From Phoronis australis (Eukaryota; Animalia; Phoronida), in assembly GCA_002633005.1 (NCBI GenBank), contig NMRA01000270.1:332345-396344 (forward strand): 64,000 bases of DNA. The letters are read 5' to 3'. Shown here one piece after another: positions 14,001-24,425 of this stretch. The notes under the pieces were generated by a model, which saw only the letters and a program-made list of their open reading frames with translations, searched no databases and was not told the DNA's origin. Position 1 is the first letter of the stretch. Each line of letters opens with the position of its first letter. The position numbers were made by a program, and so were the translations under genes.

Positions 14001-17000
14001 GCGTAACCTAGTGAGCATAAGTCTGAAAAAATTTCTGCTCCGATGGTGACTCGAACCAGGGACCTTTTGGTAACCGTGCAAACACTCAAGTCCACTGAGA
14101 CATCGGGGCGCGGGTCCACTGGTCGAACACAGAAATCCAATCAGACTTAGCAGTAGGCATCCCAGCCATAAACTCATGAGTGTATATAAATATGCATTCA
14201 GCAGTTTGAATGCTCTGTGTACTGATGAAGTCAACAGTAAGAATTTAAATGTAACTATCGGAGAGCACAAGTAAGCAGGTTGAATATGGCAATTTTTTTG
14301 TGGAATTTTAGATAGTGAGATGAAGTAAATATATCTGGTTTGATACGCTGACATTTCTTTCAAACTCTCTTGGGAGGAGGTAAACTGTTTAGGCTGGTGA
14401 ACTTTTAAACTTATTTTGTGTGACATGATTTAGAGTTGCTGAAGTTGTGATTTGTTCCTTTTTAGGATTTAGTTGTTCGAATTAGCTTTATTCTGGGAAA
14501 TCTAACGGCAAAAAGTGAAGAATCCAGACTGGCTCTCTTCAAGACAGAAAACGCATTTGAATCTCTGTTGGATCTCTTCAAGACCTACATCGAAATCGAT
14601 TTTAAAGTAAGAAACAGAATCAGTTCACAAATTCCTGAACAGTAAAGCTATAACTTTTTATAACGTACTCTCAGACTGGTTTTTACTTTCACTCATTTTG
14701 TCATTTTAATAAACGAATATATGCTTCTTCTTAACATTAAGTCAGAGTTTTACCAAAAGTGGTTTTGACGGAATTTTTTTGTGAATGGTTATTGATGAAA
14801 ATAATTTTGTAGTTTTATTAATTTATTGGAATTGCTCGTCTAAAGAAATTTTACCATGCATTAACGGGGTTGATATCTAACGAGAATTCTACTTTAATGT
14901 GCCTTTCAGAAAAGTCAGGCGCCGTCGTCACGAGACAGCGCCAGATCGCCCAACACTCCTAGCAAAGGTCCGCCTAAGACAGAGGATGTGTTGATTAAAG
15001 TCATCCGAGTGATAGCTAACCTGTCTATTAGTGAACAGGTGGGCCCTGTCATTGCAGCCCATGAAAAGTGTCTTGACTGGCTGCTCAGTATAGTGGGTAT
15101 GTTCTGTTGGATTGTATCACTTTTGTATTCTACTGAAGTCAAACTGTTGATTCGAAAGGAAAGTAGAGTCGTTGATGATTTTAAAGTCATCAACTGCTTT
15201 CAAAATGTGTAGAGGTGGATGTCTGTGAAGAAAGTCGTGAATGATGAAATATTGTAGATGTACTTTCGTGTACCACCAATGTACAGGGATTCATTTCATT
15301 ACAAAATCTGTAGAAACAAACAAGATGAAAGAGCCAATGGGTAATATACTGCATTTAACCCTTTTAGCAGCGTTAGATTTTAGTTAGAAATAACGTCAGC
15401 TCCATATGGTTTTCTTACAACTGCCTTCAGAGACAAGTTCAAGATGAATGAACAGATACGTTTAAATTGCGATAAATCACGCTTCTGGCAGAAAAACTAA
15501 ATGCATCTGAAGCTATTGATCAAGGCCACATGGTACATTGTGTAATAATGTAAAATTTGCCACGCAAACTTGCCAAATTAAAAGCCTCTGAAGTGGGGTT
15601 GATAACTGTTGGCTGTTTTTAAAAGTGGCTCTATACACTTAGCTTTGATATTTATTTGCATAACGTGAAGTGCTTCTAATTGTATTTACGTCACTAATGG
15701 ATTTCTAATTATCAGATGCTAAAGACATCAGTAAGAGCGAAGACTTGGTGCTGAACACGGTAGCCACCATTAATAACCTGTCATACTACCCGGACAGTTC
15801 CATTAATAAGAAGATGGTGGCTGTAGCTGACAGTAAGTAGTCACAAGAGGGCGCTGAACGGGCTGCAAACAAGGCAACTGTCCATGCAGTGGTTTTATCT
15901 TTTCACTTTTCAATATATTTTTGGAGATGGCCTGCATGTTAAAGGACTTTCCTGTTGTACTGCCATTGACACAAATGTAATACAAACTGCCAAACAAATT
16001 TAACCATGAATAACTATTGGAATGAGAATGTTGCGAGAATTGAAGGTCTGATTAAGTTTAGAAATCTAAAGGTGAACTGGGCAGGCCAGGCAATATGCAT
16101 CTGCTACCAACTGTTGGTCAGTTGTTTGTACCTAAGTAAAACTGCGTGATATATAGATAGTAGGAGTGCCTTGAGCCTAGATTAACATGTGGCGTGTGTT
16201 GTAGACAGTGCCCTATAAGAGCCAGCTCACTGTGGGTGCAATATGCCTAAAGCTGTCATTGATACAGCTGAAGACCTAATTCACATGGCGGACATTAAAA
16301 TCCAAAGCGAGGCTCACTGCGATAAACAAAGCAGAAGTTGACATTGCGTGAGTTAAATTGCCGGTCTTTCGAGTCCAACCTGGATATTAAATCTTAAAAA
16401 TGTGTTGATAATTAACCACAGAGACGTAGAAAAATACATTTGAGAAGTCAATGCACCAAAGAGTTGTCTCATGAAAGGATTTTTTTTTCGAAACTAGGTT
16501 CGAAACATGAAAAGTAAATATGACCAAATTATGGCGATCGTAGTGTTACGGATCAGGTATTATGCTGAATGCAGGGTTATGTTTCTTCTTGTAAATTGTC
16601 GAAACAAATGCTTTCTTCACAAACCAAGTCATCTGCTCTTATTGTTGACGAGTTGAAGATATATTCTACAGTGGTGGCTCATCGCATTTTGCTGTCACGT
16701 GCAGTTAGTCACATCTGGTTTACCGTTGATCAAGTATATTAACATCAAGTATAACCTAGGTAATGGTGAGGTAGGGACTACTAGGGCTAACGGTTGATTT
16801 GTCATTGAACTGAAAGAATAACTGATGTTATTAAATGTATTTTTTATTAAAATAAAAAACCAGGCTCATAATTGAAAATAAAAATTATTTGACCATTTTT
16901 TAATTTTGAAAAAAAAGTAAAAAGGAGCACAGCCCCAGAAATCGCTTTTGCATTATATCCAGGTTCTCATTCACTCCCTTGCACACATTCACAAGTAATT

Positions 17001-20000
17001 AATTGACCATCAATTCTGCTTTCTTGGTTTTAATAATTCTTACATCTATTTCATGTGTTATGGGTTTCAAATATCAATTTGTACCAAGTTGAATTTGAAA
17101 ATTAAAACACCTAATTCGTCCCGCCAAAGCATAACCTTGTTTTAGAGCTCAATTTCAGTTAACTGGACAGAGCAAACATAGTTCTCATGTTCCTTCAGGG
17201 GCCTCATTCATCTGAGGGGAAAGGTGCTTGGCCTGTGCCTTCAGTTCTGAGAGGGGAATTTTTTCGCTGAGTGAGGGGNNNNNNNNNNNNNNNNNNNNNN
17301 NNNNNNNNNNNNNNNNNNNNNNNNNNNNNNNNNNNNNNNNNNNNNNNNNNNNNNNNNNNNNNNNNNNNNNNNNNNNNNNNNNNNNNNNNNNNNNNNNNNN
17401 NNNNNNNNNNNNNNNNNNNNNNNNNNNNNNNNNNTTTTTTTTCACTACCAACCGCCATGGAGTATTTGTTACTGTTTCTTTGAAGGGAGATATTGTTGGG
17501 CAGTTTCTTAGATACGTTTTCTTGCCGCCCTCAAAATGAGCGCTGCACACTTTATGCTACGAAGTCGGAAAGAATTCACGAAGTCAGCCTTTGCTACCAG
17601 CTCTACCGATGTCTCTGACCCATGTTTAACGCAGTTCTTGATCCTTGGGAAACAGGTAGTAACTAAATTTTTTATTTCGCTAACTGGTATTATAGCATGC
17701 CAGGCACACACTCACGTATAACCTCCCTGTGGCCGGTTCGCCCCCACGCTTGCCGACGTACTTGTTTACCGGCTTAACCACAATGCATCATTCTGACCCA
17801 TTTCCAATATGGCGGCGTTGCAACTCCGCTATTGAAGGTCTGATTAAGTTTAGAAATCTAAAGGTGAACTGGGCAGGCCAGGCAATATGCATCTGCTATC
17901 AACTGTTGGTCAGTTGTTTGTACCTAAGTAAAACTGCGTGATACATAGAAAGTAGGAGTGCCTTGAGCCTAGATTAACATGTGGCGTGTGTTGTAGACAG
18001 TGCCCTATAAGAGCCAGCTCACTGTGGGTGCAATATATCTAAAGCTGTCATTGATACAGCTGACGACCTAATTCACATGGCGGACATTAAAATCCAAAGC
18101 GAGGCTCACTGCGATAAACAAAGCAGAAGTTGACATTGCGTGAGTTAAATTGCCAGTCTTTCGAGTCCAACCTGGATATTAAATCTTAAAAATGTGTTGA
18201 TAATTAACCACAGAGACGTAGAAAAATACATTTGAGAAGTCAATGTACCAAGGTGTTGTCTCATGAAAGGATATAATTTTTTTTCGAAACTAGGTTCGAA
18301 ACATGAAAAGTAAATATGACCAAATTGTGGCGATCGTAGTGTTACGTATCAGGTATTATGCTGAATGCAGGGTTATGTTTCTTGTTGTAAATTGTCGAAA
18401 CAAATGCTTTCTTCACGAACAAAGTCATCTGCTCATATTGTTGACGAGTTGAAGATATATTCTACAGTGGTGGCTCATCGCATTTTGCTGTCACGTGCAA
18501 TTAGTCACATCTGGTTTAACGTTGATCAAGAATATTAACATCAAGCATAACCTAGGTAATGGTGAGGTAGGGACTACTAGGGCTAACGGTTGATTTGTCA
18601 TTGATCTGAAAGAATAAGTGATGTTATTAAATGTATTTTTTGTTAAAATAAAAAACCAGGCTCATAATAGAAAATAAAAATTATTTGACCATTTTTTAAT
18701 TTTGAAAAAAAAAATAAAAAGGAACACAGCCCCAGAAATCGCTTTTGCATTATATCCAGGTTCTCATTCACTCCCTTGCACACATTCACAAGGAATTATA
18801 ATTGACCATCAATTCTGCTTTCTTGGTTTTAATAATTCTTACATCTATTTCATGTGTTATGGGTTTCAAATATCAATTTGTACCAAGTTGAATTTGAAAA
18901 TTAAAACACCTAATTCGTCCCGCCAAAGCATAACCTCGTTTTAGAGCTCAATTTCAGTTAATTGGACAGAGCAAACATAGTTATCATGTTCCTTCAGGGG
19001 CCTCATTCATCCGACGGGAAAGGTGCCTGGCCTGTGCCTTCAGTTCTGAGAGGGGAATTTTTTCGCTGAGTGAGGGGAAAAATCTACCTCCCGATCGTCA
19101 TCAATAGCACTCCCGCCCTGTTGCAAGCTCTCATAGGCTCTGTCTCAAGTAGCATTGTGTGCTCTTTCAAATTGTCACCTGTGTGGTTATTTGAACTTCG
19201 GAGAGAACTTTTCAATCACTTGGCTTCGTGGGGGGATTTTTCAATATTTTTGAGAGGGAAATAGAGCCGATATTCGGCCCCAAAATCGAGGAATTGAGGG
19301 CCCTGCCCTTTTTGGAAAGAAAAATGCATAATCTTTCAACCTGTAGTCGTGAAGACACAGCCTGGATGGCCGAAGATTCTCGTTGCTATGATGCTCGGCA
19401 ACCGAGATGCTACAAAATATGACCTAACTTTTCGAAGACGTTTATAAATTTTACACCGACATATTTTCCTTCGTCGCGGCGTATGGCAACGACCCAACTC
19501 TTCCGAATCTCAACGTCCTTAGGGATTGTAAAACAGACAGTTGAGTGTCCGTATTTTTTCTAGCCGTTCGAGCAACGCGGAATACAACCAGTGTGCCGAT
19601 AAGCCAACAGAGCTACCGTAGTGACCCTCGTTTTGGAACGCGCCTCCTGTCGGCGTGAATTAGGTCTATACTGCTAAATACACAGATAAAAAGCAATTAT
19701 AAGAGAACCTGTTTTTAATTTGCTTATTATTCAGGTTATGTTGTTTTTGACGGAGTTAAAAAGACACTATAAAATCTGTGTGCATTATAATTTGCTCATG
19801 TGTAGGTCTGCTCAAGTTGTTAGTAGCTGACAAGATGGATGGTATGGTTGAAGCATCCAGAGTGTTTGGTAACCTTACCCGTCAGAAAGTAGTCCGAGAT
19901 TTCCTGGCTAAAAATAAAGGTGAGACTATAGCAGAGATAGAGCTATTTACATTGGTTTAGTAGCCATTTTGACAAAATTCCATTATTTAGTAAAATATTT

Positions 20001-22151
20001 GCTACAATGTAATATGCCTTTAAAAATTGTACAGGTGGCAATTTTTGTCTATAATTTTTGTATGGAATTGAAGAATCAATGTATACCTGAATTGTCTTTT
20101 ATGACTTCAGGTTTATGAAGTTATGCAGAATTAGTTGCAACTTAAACATGTCTGTCCAGTTTTTGTTAAAAAAATTAGACAAGCAAAATAAAATTCTTCT
20201 CGTCTGCCATATCGTGAGCTAAATAAGTGAGGAGTCCTTGTGCACTTTTACATGCTCTTTGTGGTTATCTGTGGCCAAGCTGGGATGTGACTCAACTTAC
20301 ACATGTTGTGTGTTACAGTGACCGAGATCATGGTAACCCTACTGGACTCCAACATTCGTGAGGTGGTCTACACTGCCTGTGGGGTCCTTATCAACATGAT
20401 GGTGGACGATGACAGGAGACATATCCTCAGTCAGGAGAATGGCATCGCTAAGTATGTAGCAGAGGGATGTAGAGTCTTGTGACTTGTTGACATGTATCTC
20501 TGCATGTGTGTGAGACTGGGGAAATGTGATGTGTGGGTGATGGCACTGTGTTGATAGTCTAGTACTTTGATGAGATGCTTGATCACATACTTGACTTCTA
20601 AATCTGATGTGTGGATGACAGAACTGTGTTGATAGTCTAGTACCTTGATGAGATGCTGAATCACATACTTGACTTCTAAATCTGATGTGTGGGTGACAGA
20701 ACTGTGTTGAGAGTCTATTAACTTGATGAGATGCCTGATCACATACTTGACTTCTAAATCTGATGTGTGGATGACAGAACTGTGTTGAGAGTCTATTAAC
20801 TTGATGAGATGCCTGATCACATACTTGACTTCTAAATCTGATGTGTGGGTGACAGAACTGTGTTGAGAGTCTATTAACTTGATGAGATGCCTGATCACAT
20901 ACTTGACTTCTAAATCTGATGTGTGGGTGACAGAACTGTGTTGAGAGTCTGTTTAATTTGATGAGATGCCTGATCACATACTTGACTTCTAAATCTGATG
21001 TGTGGTTGACAGAACTGTGTTGAGAGTCTAGTAGGTTGATGAGATGCCTGGTCGCATGACTTCCAAATTTGGTTTGAAGACAAATGATAAGGAGCGCCAT
21101 CTTAGGCAGGCAATAGGGAGTCGACTGTTTGATTTGTAGTATTGATGTTGAAAGTGTTGCCACTGAAATAGATGTGGACTATTTTTAAAGTTCTTTACAA
21201 AGTATACTTGTTCTTTGATTAGAGTAGACACAAAGTAGATGTTCACCAGTCGTTTGTTGGACCTTATGTGTTGGACCATATGTGTTGGACCTTATGTGTT
21301 GGACCGTATGTGTTGGACCTTATGTGTTGGACCTTATGTGTTGGACCTTATGTGTTGGACCTTATGTGTTGGACCTTATGTGTTGGACCATATGTGTTGG
21401 ACCTTATGTGTTGGAACATTGTTCACTGACGTTTATGAACTGCAAGTTGTTGCATGCACATTACCAACTAACACCCTGTAAGTCACTGAACTAAAAGTGA
21501 AAAGAAGTGAAGAGAATTTGATATTTTGATATTTACTGAACACATAGTGACTTTGATGAAGACTACTGATTCATGCTCCAGTGAAACATCCCAGTTGTGA
21601 CATTAGCCTTTCTCCTTGCAGACTAATCGAGGTCCTGCGTGACTTCGGTCGTAATGACTGGCAGTTGGCTAGTCTGGTCTGTCAGATACTCTGGAACTAC
21701 AGTAGTCGCATCACTAGCTGTAATGCATGCTTTGGTGAGGACAACAGTCTTCAGTTATCTGACCTGTTGATAGAGTACTTAGGTGAGTCATTGTTTGCCT
21801 GTGTGGTGTGCTGACGTCCAGGTTGAATGTTGATGAAAATTATTTTTGAATAATTTTTTTATTTGTTTTATTTTTTGGAAAAACAATAAACCTGAAATAA
21901 AAATAAAAAATTGAACCGTTTTAGCCTCCATTTGTGTATATTTATTTTATTTTATTTATTGATTTTCAAATCTAGATGAGGAGTCCGCCCTGGATGTGTC
22001 ACATGACTTGGATGATGATATGCATGACTATGTCCGAGAGATGTGGGAGGTGGAGTTCTGTCCTGTCGCCCAGCAACTGTTGAAACGCATTGAAACACAC
22101 CAATCAGAGTTCGAGCCACTTGAAGCCCCCTCTGTTGATGGTTTAGGGTGA
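4797..22151 (+). CDS. ARMC2: Armadillo repeat-containing protein 2 (multi-exon gene; 18 exons traced, 1 expected exon missing)
   Basis: The spliced translation matches vertebrate ARMC2 motifs in order: TSSKIINQARQSLRSLPTSRPFTPREDQRRLFG, SRPVSGTRLSP, LKTVFKLLDVD..LRLAKLIL, YCLGTLKFLSGN, GHVLVQLTASLRNL, DLVVRISFILGNLTAK, EDVLIKVIRVIANL, ATINNLSYY, EASRVFGNL, DWQLASLVCQILWNYS, WEVEFCPVAQQLLKRI. Exon phases agree at every junction except 9737/10861. The traced exons total 2459 nt. Confidence 0.95.
6294..6981. mobile_element. Possible TTAA-flanked non-autonomous DNA transposon (Kolobok-like)
   Basis: TTAA-AGATACGCGTAACC ... GGTTACATATGTCC-TTAA: imperfect terminal inverted repeats bounded by TTAA. 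Confidence 0.3.
7397..7469 (+). CDS. ARMC2: ARMC2 coding exon 2
   Basis: ctccag| (S)IGSRHFEDCNSRPVSGTRLSPIDK |gtaagt; phase 2->0. Confidence 0.92.
7800..7995 (+). CDS. ARMC2: ARMC2 coding exon 3
   Basis: ctgtag| GARTSTDGPSIVPKPPPDP...EETEAQ |gtaaga; phase 0->1, open frame. Confidence 0.85.
8299..8449 (+). CDS. ARMC2: ARMC2 coding exon 4
   Basis: tgctag| (G)DAVVSLSDSNSRRVHSGPKER...DISIR |gtatgt; phase 1->2. Confidence 0.8.
8624..8673 (+). CDS. ARMC2: ARMC2 coding exon 5
   Basis: ttccag| (K)EIRRKLDSGYDSRGGS |gtgagt; phase 2->1. Confidence 0.8.
8841..8942 (+). CDS. ARMC2: ARMC2 coding exon 6
   Basis: caacag| (G)SAGKRDSSETEEEASFYNKYIGPIVEDMAAQAK |gtacgg; phase 1->1. Confidence 0.85.
9562..9737 (+). 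CDS. ARMC2: ARMC2 coding exon 7
   Basis: ttgtag| (E)KDTARLLELSRKLY...RRSAILKTVFKLLDVDEPRLILRLAKLILS |gtaagt; phase 1->0. Confidence 0.92.
9786..9890. repeat. 21-bp degenerate tandem repeat
   Basis: TAGCTAGATATTT(T/A)TAATGA(A/G), about 5 copies. Confidence 0.85.
10065..10208. repeat. 14-bp minisatellite
   Basis: (CCCTACACAGTATA)n, about 10 nearly perfect copies. Confidence 0.95.
10861..11033 (+). CDS. ARMC2: ARMC2 coding exon 9 (exon 8 not found)
   Basis: ttgtag| xVLVRSLKSMD...DALVYCLGTLKFLSGN...AVTSV |gtaagt; phase 1->0. Confidence 0.92.
12158..12208 (+). CDS. ARMC2: ARMC2 coding exon 10
   Basis: tttcag| KTEDMKSKEQIGHVLVQ |gtaact; phase 0->0. Confidence 0.9.
12628..12773 (+). CDS. ARMC2: ARMC2 coding exon 11
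   Basis: ccacag| LTASLRNLADSSSSRDKFL...NVSRIF |gtgaga; phase 0->2. Confidence 0.92.
13405..13504 (+). CDS. ARMC2: ARMC2 coding exon 12 (GC donor)
   Basis: ttgcag| (S)KLTLHHDCCTVL...LLNKHKKKE |gcaagt; only the GC donor keeps frame with the next exon. Confidence 0.88.
13686..14180 (-). mobile_element. Tandem dimer (~263-bp unit) of a tRNA-derived, SINE-like element
   Basis: Each unit has a tRNA-like segment on - (13768-13844 and 14031-14107) with an A box (TGGCTCGGTGG / TGTCTCAGTGG) and a B box (GGTTCGAGTC). Flanking sequence is also shared and the copies are diverged. Confidence 0.7.
14466..14606 (+). CDS. ARMC2: ARMC2 coding exon 13
   Basis: ttttag| DLVVRISFILGNLTAKSEESR...IEIDFK |gtaaga; phase 0->0. 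Confidence 0.93.
14910..15096 (+). CDS. ARMC2: ARMC2 coding exon 14
   Basis: tttcag| KSQAPSS...TEDVLIKVIRVIANLSISEQVGPVIAA...LLSIV |gtatgt; phase 0->1. Confidence 0.92.
15716..15832 (+). CDS. ARMC2: ARMC2 coding exon 15
   Basis: tatcag| (D)AKDISKSEDLVLNTVATINNLSYY...VAVAD |gtaagt; phase 1->1. Confidence 0.92.
17279..17434. other. Assembly gap (N run); single Ns also at 2144 and 9760
   Basis: Directly visible in the sequence. Confidence 0.99.
17435..17830 (-). mobile_element. Decayed THAP-domain DNA transposon end (ISL2EU/PIF-Harbinger-like)
   Basis: The minus strand gives CVPG/CYNTS*RNKKFSYYLFPKDQELR*TWVRDIGR...HKVCSAHFEGGKKTYLRNCPTI, a C2CH THAP signature with FP, W, CSxHF and PTI, broken by stops and a frameshift. 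The terminus AGCGGAGTTGCAACGCCGCCATATTGG abuts an AT dinucleotide at 17831. Confidence 0.8.
18064..19667 (-). mobile_element. ~1.6-kb TIR element with a decayed THAP remnant
   Basis: TIRs (A)GACCTAATTCAC (18065-18076; intact in the duplicate at 16272-16284) and GTGAATTAGGTCT (19655-19667). Minus strand ~19460-19590 reads CIPRCSNG*KKYGHSTVCFTIPKDVEIRKSWVVAIRRDEGKY (THAP N-half). Confidence 0.75.
19806..19919 (+). CDS. ARMC2: ARMC2 coding exon 16
   Basis: gtgtag| (S)LLKLLVADKMDGMVEASRVFGNLTRQKVVRDFLAKNK |gtgaga; phase 1->1. Confidence 0.93.
20319..20451 (+). CDS. ARMC2: ARMC2 coding exon 17
   Basis: ttacag| (V)TEIMVTLLDSNIREVVYTACGVLINMMVDDDRRHILSQENGIA |gtatgt; phase 1->2. Confidence 0.93.
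20528..21050. repeat. 78-bp minisatellite (~6.5 copies)
   Basis: Unit GATGTGTGGGTGACAGAACTGTGTTGAGAGTCTATTAACTTGATGAGATGCCTGATCACATACTTGACTTCTAAATCT; it explains the 26-aa-periodic ORFs. Confidence 0.95.
21255..21415. repeat. 14-bp minisatellite
   Basis: (TGTTGGACCTTATG)n, about 11 copies. Confidence 0.95.
21622..21782 (+). CDS. ARMC2: ARMC2 coding exon 18
   Basis: ttgcag| (K)LIEVLRDFGRNDWQLASLVCQILWNYS...LIEYL |gtgagt; phase 2->1. Confidence 0.93.
21976..22151 (+). CDS. ARMC2: ARMC2 last coding exon
   Basis: atctag| (D)EESALDV...MWEVEFCPVAQQLLKRIETHQSEFEPLEAPSVDGLG, stop TGA at 22149-22151. Confidence 0.93.
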
Positions 22152-24425
22152 CGGAACTTGAGCTTCTTGTGAATGTTTTGCCAATAAGCATTTTTTACTG
22201 AAAATCAACTCTGGTTTTCTTCCTTGTATTTCATTTCATGTTTTGTGCGTGGTCCAGCTGATATTTGAATTGCTTCCACCAGATGGCGTACAATAGTAGC
22301 TCCCAATTCTATTCAAGATTCCATTGAAATGATCTACAACAGCAACTTTCTCTAAAATGTAGGTTCATGAGACTATTGGTTTGACTATGAAGTGTTTATC
22401 GATTCAAACACTCCTCTGAAGTCAAGCTCCTTGTCGGAATCTTTCGGTTATTGAAAGAATTGTATCTGGCATCAACCAATTATTTTACTATGACACAGTA
22501 GTTTTAAAGTGATTTAGTGTAGTTTTCAATTATTTATTTGCAGGACTGCTATCGTAGTTTTTCCTACATACCAGTTGCAGTGTTAGTGAATTGAACATTC
22601 CAGTGTTGCATAATGTTAATAGGTTTGGCAATCATTCCGATTCGATGGGTTGTGATAAAGTGTGACAATTGTATCAGTGATATTTAATTTGTATGAAAAT
22701 ACAACGGCTTTGTGAGAGATTCTCCGTTTCCTTGTGAACGTTGGCCTAATACAAAACCATTTATTGTTAACTGATTAGGTAACCTACTGTACACCAATTA
22801 GACTGGTACAGTAATATCTCACATATTTAAGGCTGACAAGAGAATTCTTATATTATGTAAGATACCCAACACCAAATTACTGCTTTGCTACATTCAACTT
22901 GTGTACCATAGCTTTTAGCAAACAATATTATGAAAAATTATTGGCATTCACATCATTGAAGACAATGAGATTAGGGCATTTTTTCTGAATTTTGTGAGAT
23001 TTTACCATATTAATTTTCAGAAGAATGTATTTTCAAACGACACCATTTTGCTTTCAACATGTATTTGTTCAAAAAGCCACCAAAATTCACAACACAATCT
23101 TACAAGGAAAAGTGCAGACACTGGGGAACCAAGTGAACGATAACACTGTCAATAAATAGTGATATGCTGTTTGATTTTAAAGTGAAAACATCAATTATCT
23201 GCAACTCAAACATTCAAATCGAGCTCTCACAGAACCAAAAACATTCAAAACATGGATTACACCGAAAACACAAAGTTGCACGAAAAAAAATGTTGTTTCG
23301 AGATGAAATGTACATAAGTGTGTACCAAACCCACACAGGCTACTCTTGAAACCAAACAAAGGAACATCGGGTGTACAAAGCACAGGTTCGGCAATACACA
23401 ACAACACAGTGATGTTTCACTAAAAGACCAAATACTTGCTCTTTCAGTACAAATTATCAAGTACACGTGACCCCCAGAATCTTGTGCTCAGGTCCCTATT
23501 TAGAACCAAAGATTTTTTTCTGCGGACGAGCTGCAGTTTCTTTGTCAACGAACCATCAAAAGTAATCCAACAAAACACCCGTTTCCCTATCATAACACTC
23601 AGCTGTCATGACGGGATATTCTAGGTAATATTGTCCAATTATTGTTGATGTGTACTGCAATTGCACAACAATTAGGAAAAAAACTGGACAGTCTAAAAAG
23701 AGATTTTGTTGACACGGTGCCCAAAAGTTAAGTCGACTCAACAAAACGTTCACCAAAGCTTCATTTGACACAACTAACGGTACCATCTAGTCTTGATACG
23801 ACAGATTTACAGAAGGACTTCGAAACACAAGTTTCACCGAATATTGGACTCGGCACAGGTGCTCAAAAATAAGAAAATCTGATAATTTAACAACCAAACC
23901 AAGACATTGCGTGAGGACAACTGAAAATGTGAGGGATGACTTCTAACATTGACTAAAACTTCAACATCCTTAGTGCCTTAAATCAACTGACCCATCAGTT
24001 TTAGTATCACAGTTTTACTAACTGGTAGAACCTCACAGTTCATTAGATCACAAATCACAATGTTTCGACTCGGTTCCGAGTCACCATCATCAGCGAGGTA
24101 TGACAAAGAGATCAACAAAGCACAGTGACGGTCGTTTGTGCCCGAGTGCGGTCGTGTGCGACCAGCTGTAATACTAACAACGGTAGTGCATATAGACTCT
24201 AGACAACTGTACATAATATTTACAGGGTATTTACACCTAACAATGCGTATCTACTTATCAATGCCACAGTCTGAGTGAAGTTCCCGATTTGCGTCACTCA
24301 TGGTCAATTCCGTGTAAAATCAGCAATACTTCACAGAAGTTTGTCACGTTGCTGATATTTATCTATCTCCAATACCGAAGAGTTCATTCACCCAGACTGT
24401 GATGATATGCAGATGTCCCTGAGTT

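Larger units (their letters stand above)
16039..19077. repeat. ~1.24-kb near-identical direct duplication (16039-17278 vs 17831-19077) around an N-gap
   Basis: Both copies start ATTGAAGGTCTGATTAAGTTTAG and run colinearly with scattered SNPs and small indels. The first copy ends exactly at the gap. Confidence 0.92.

Noticed and set aside
13768-14107. Functional tRNA genes
   Set aside because: A and B boxes are present, but the acceptor stems are disrupted, there is no clean cloverleaf, and the two copies are diverged within a larger repeat.
17480-17725. Domesticated THAP host gene nested in ARMC2
   Set aside because: Several in-frame stops, a frameshift and an adjacent transposon-type terminus.
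20339-21163. 274-aa and 155-aa minus-strand ORFs with 26-aa repeats
   Set aside because: They are by-products of the 78-bp minisatellite (unit divisible by 3) and lie antisense to ARMC2, with no coding evidence.
20528-21415. CRISPR-like appearance of the tandem arrays (also 47872-47962 and 56128-56670)
   Set aside because: The units are head-to-tail with no unique spacers, there are no cas genes, and the context is a eukaryotic intron.
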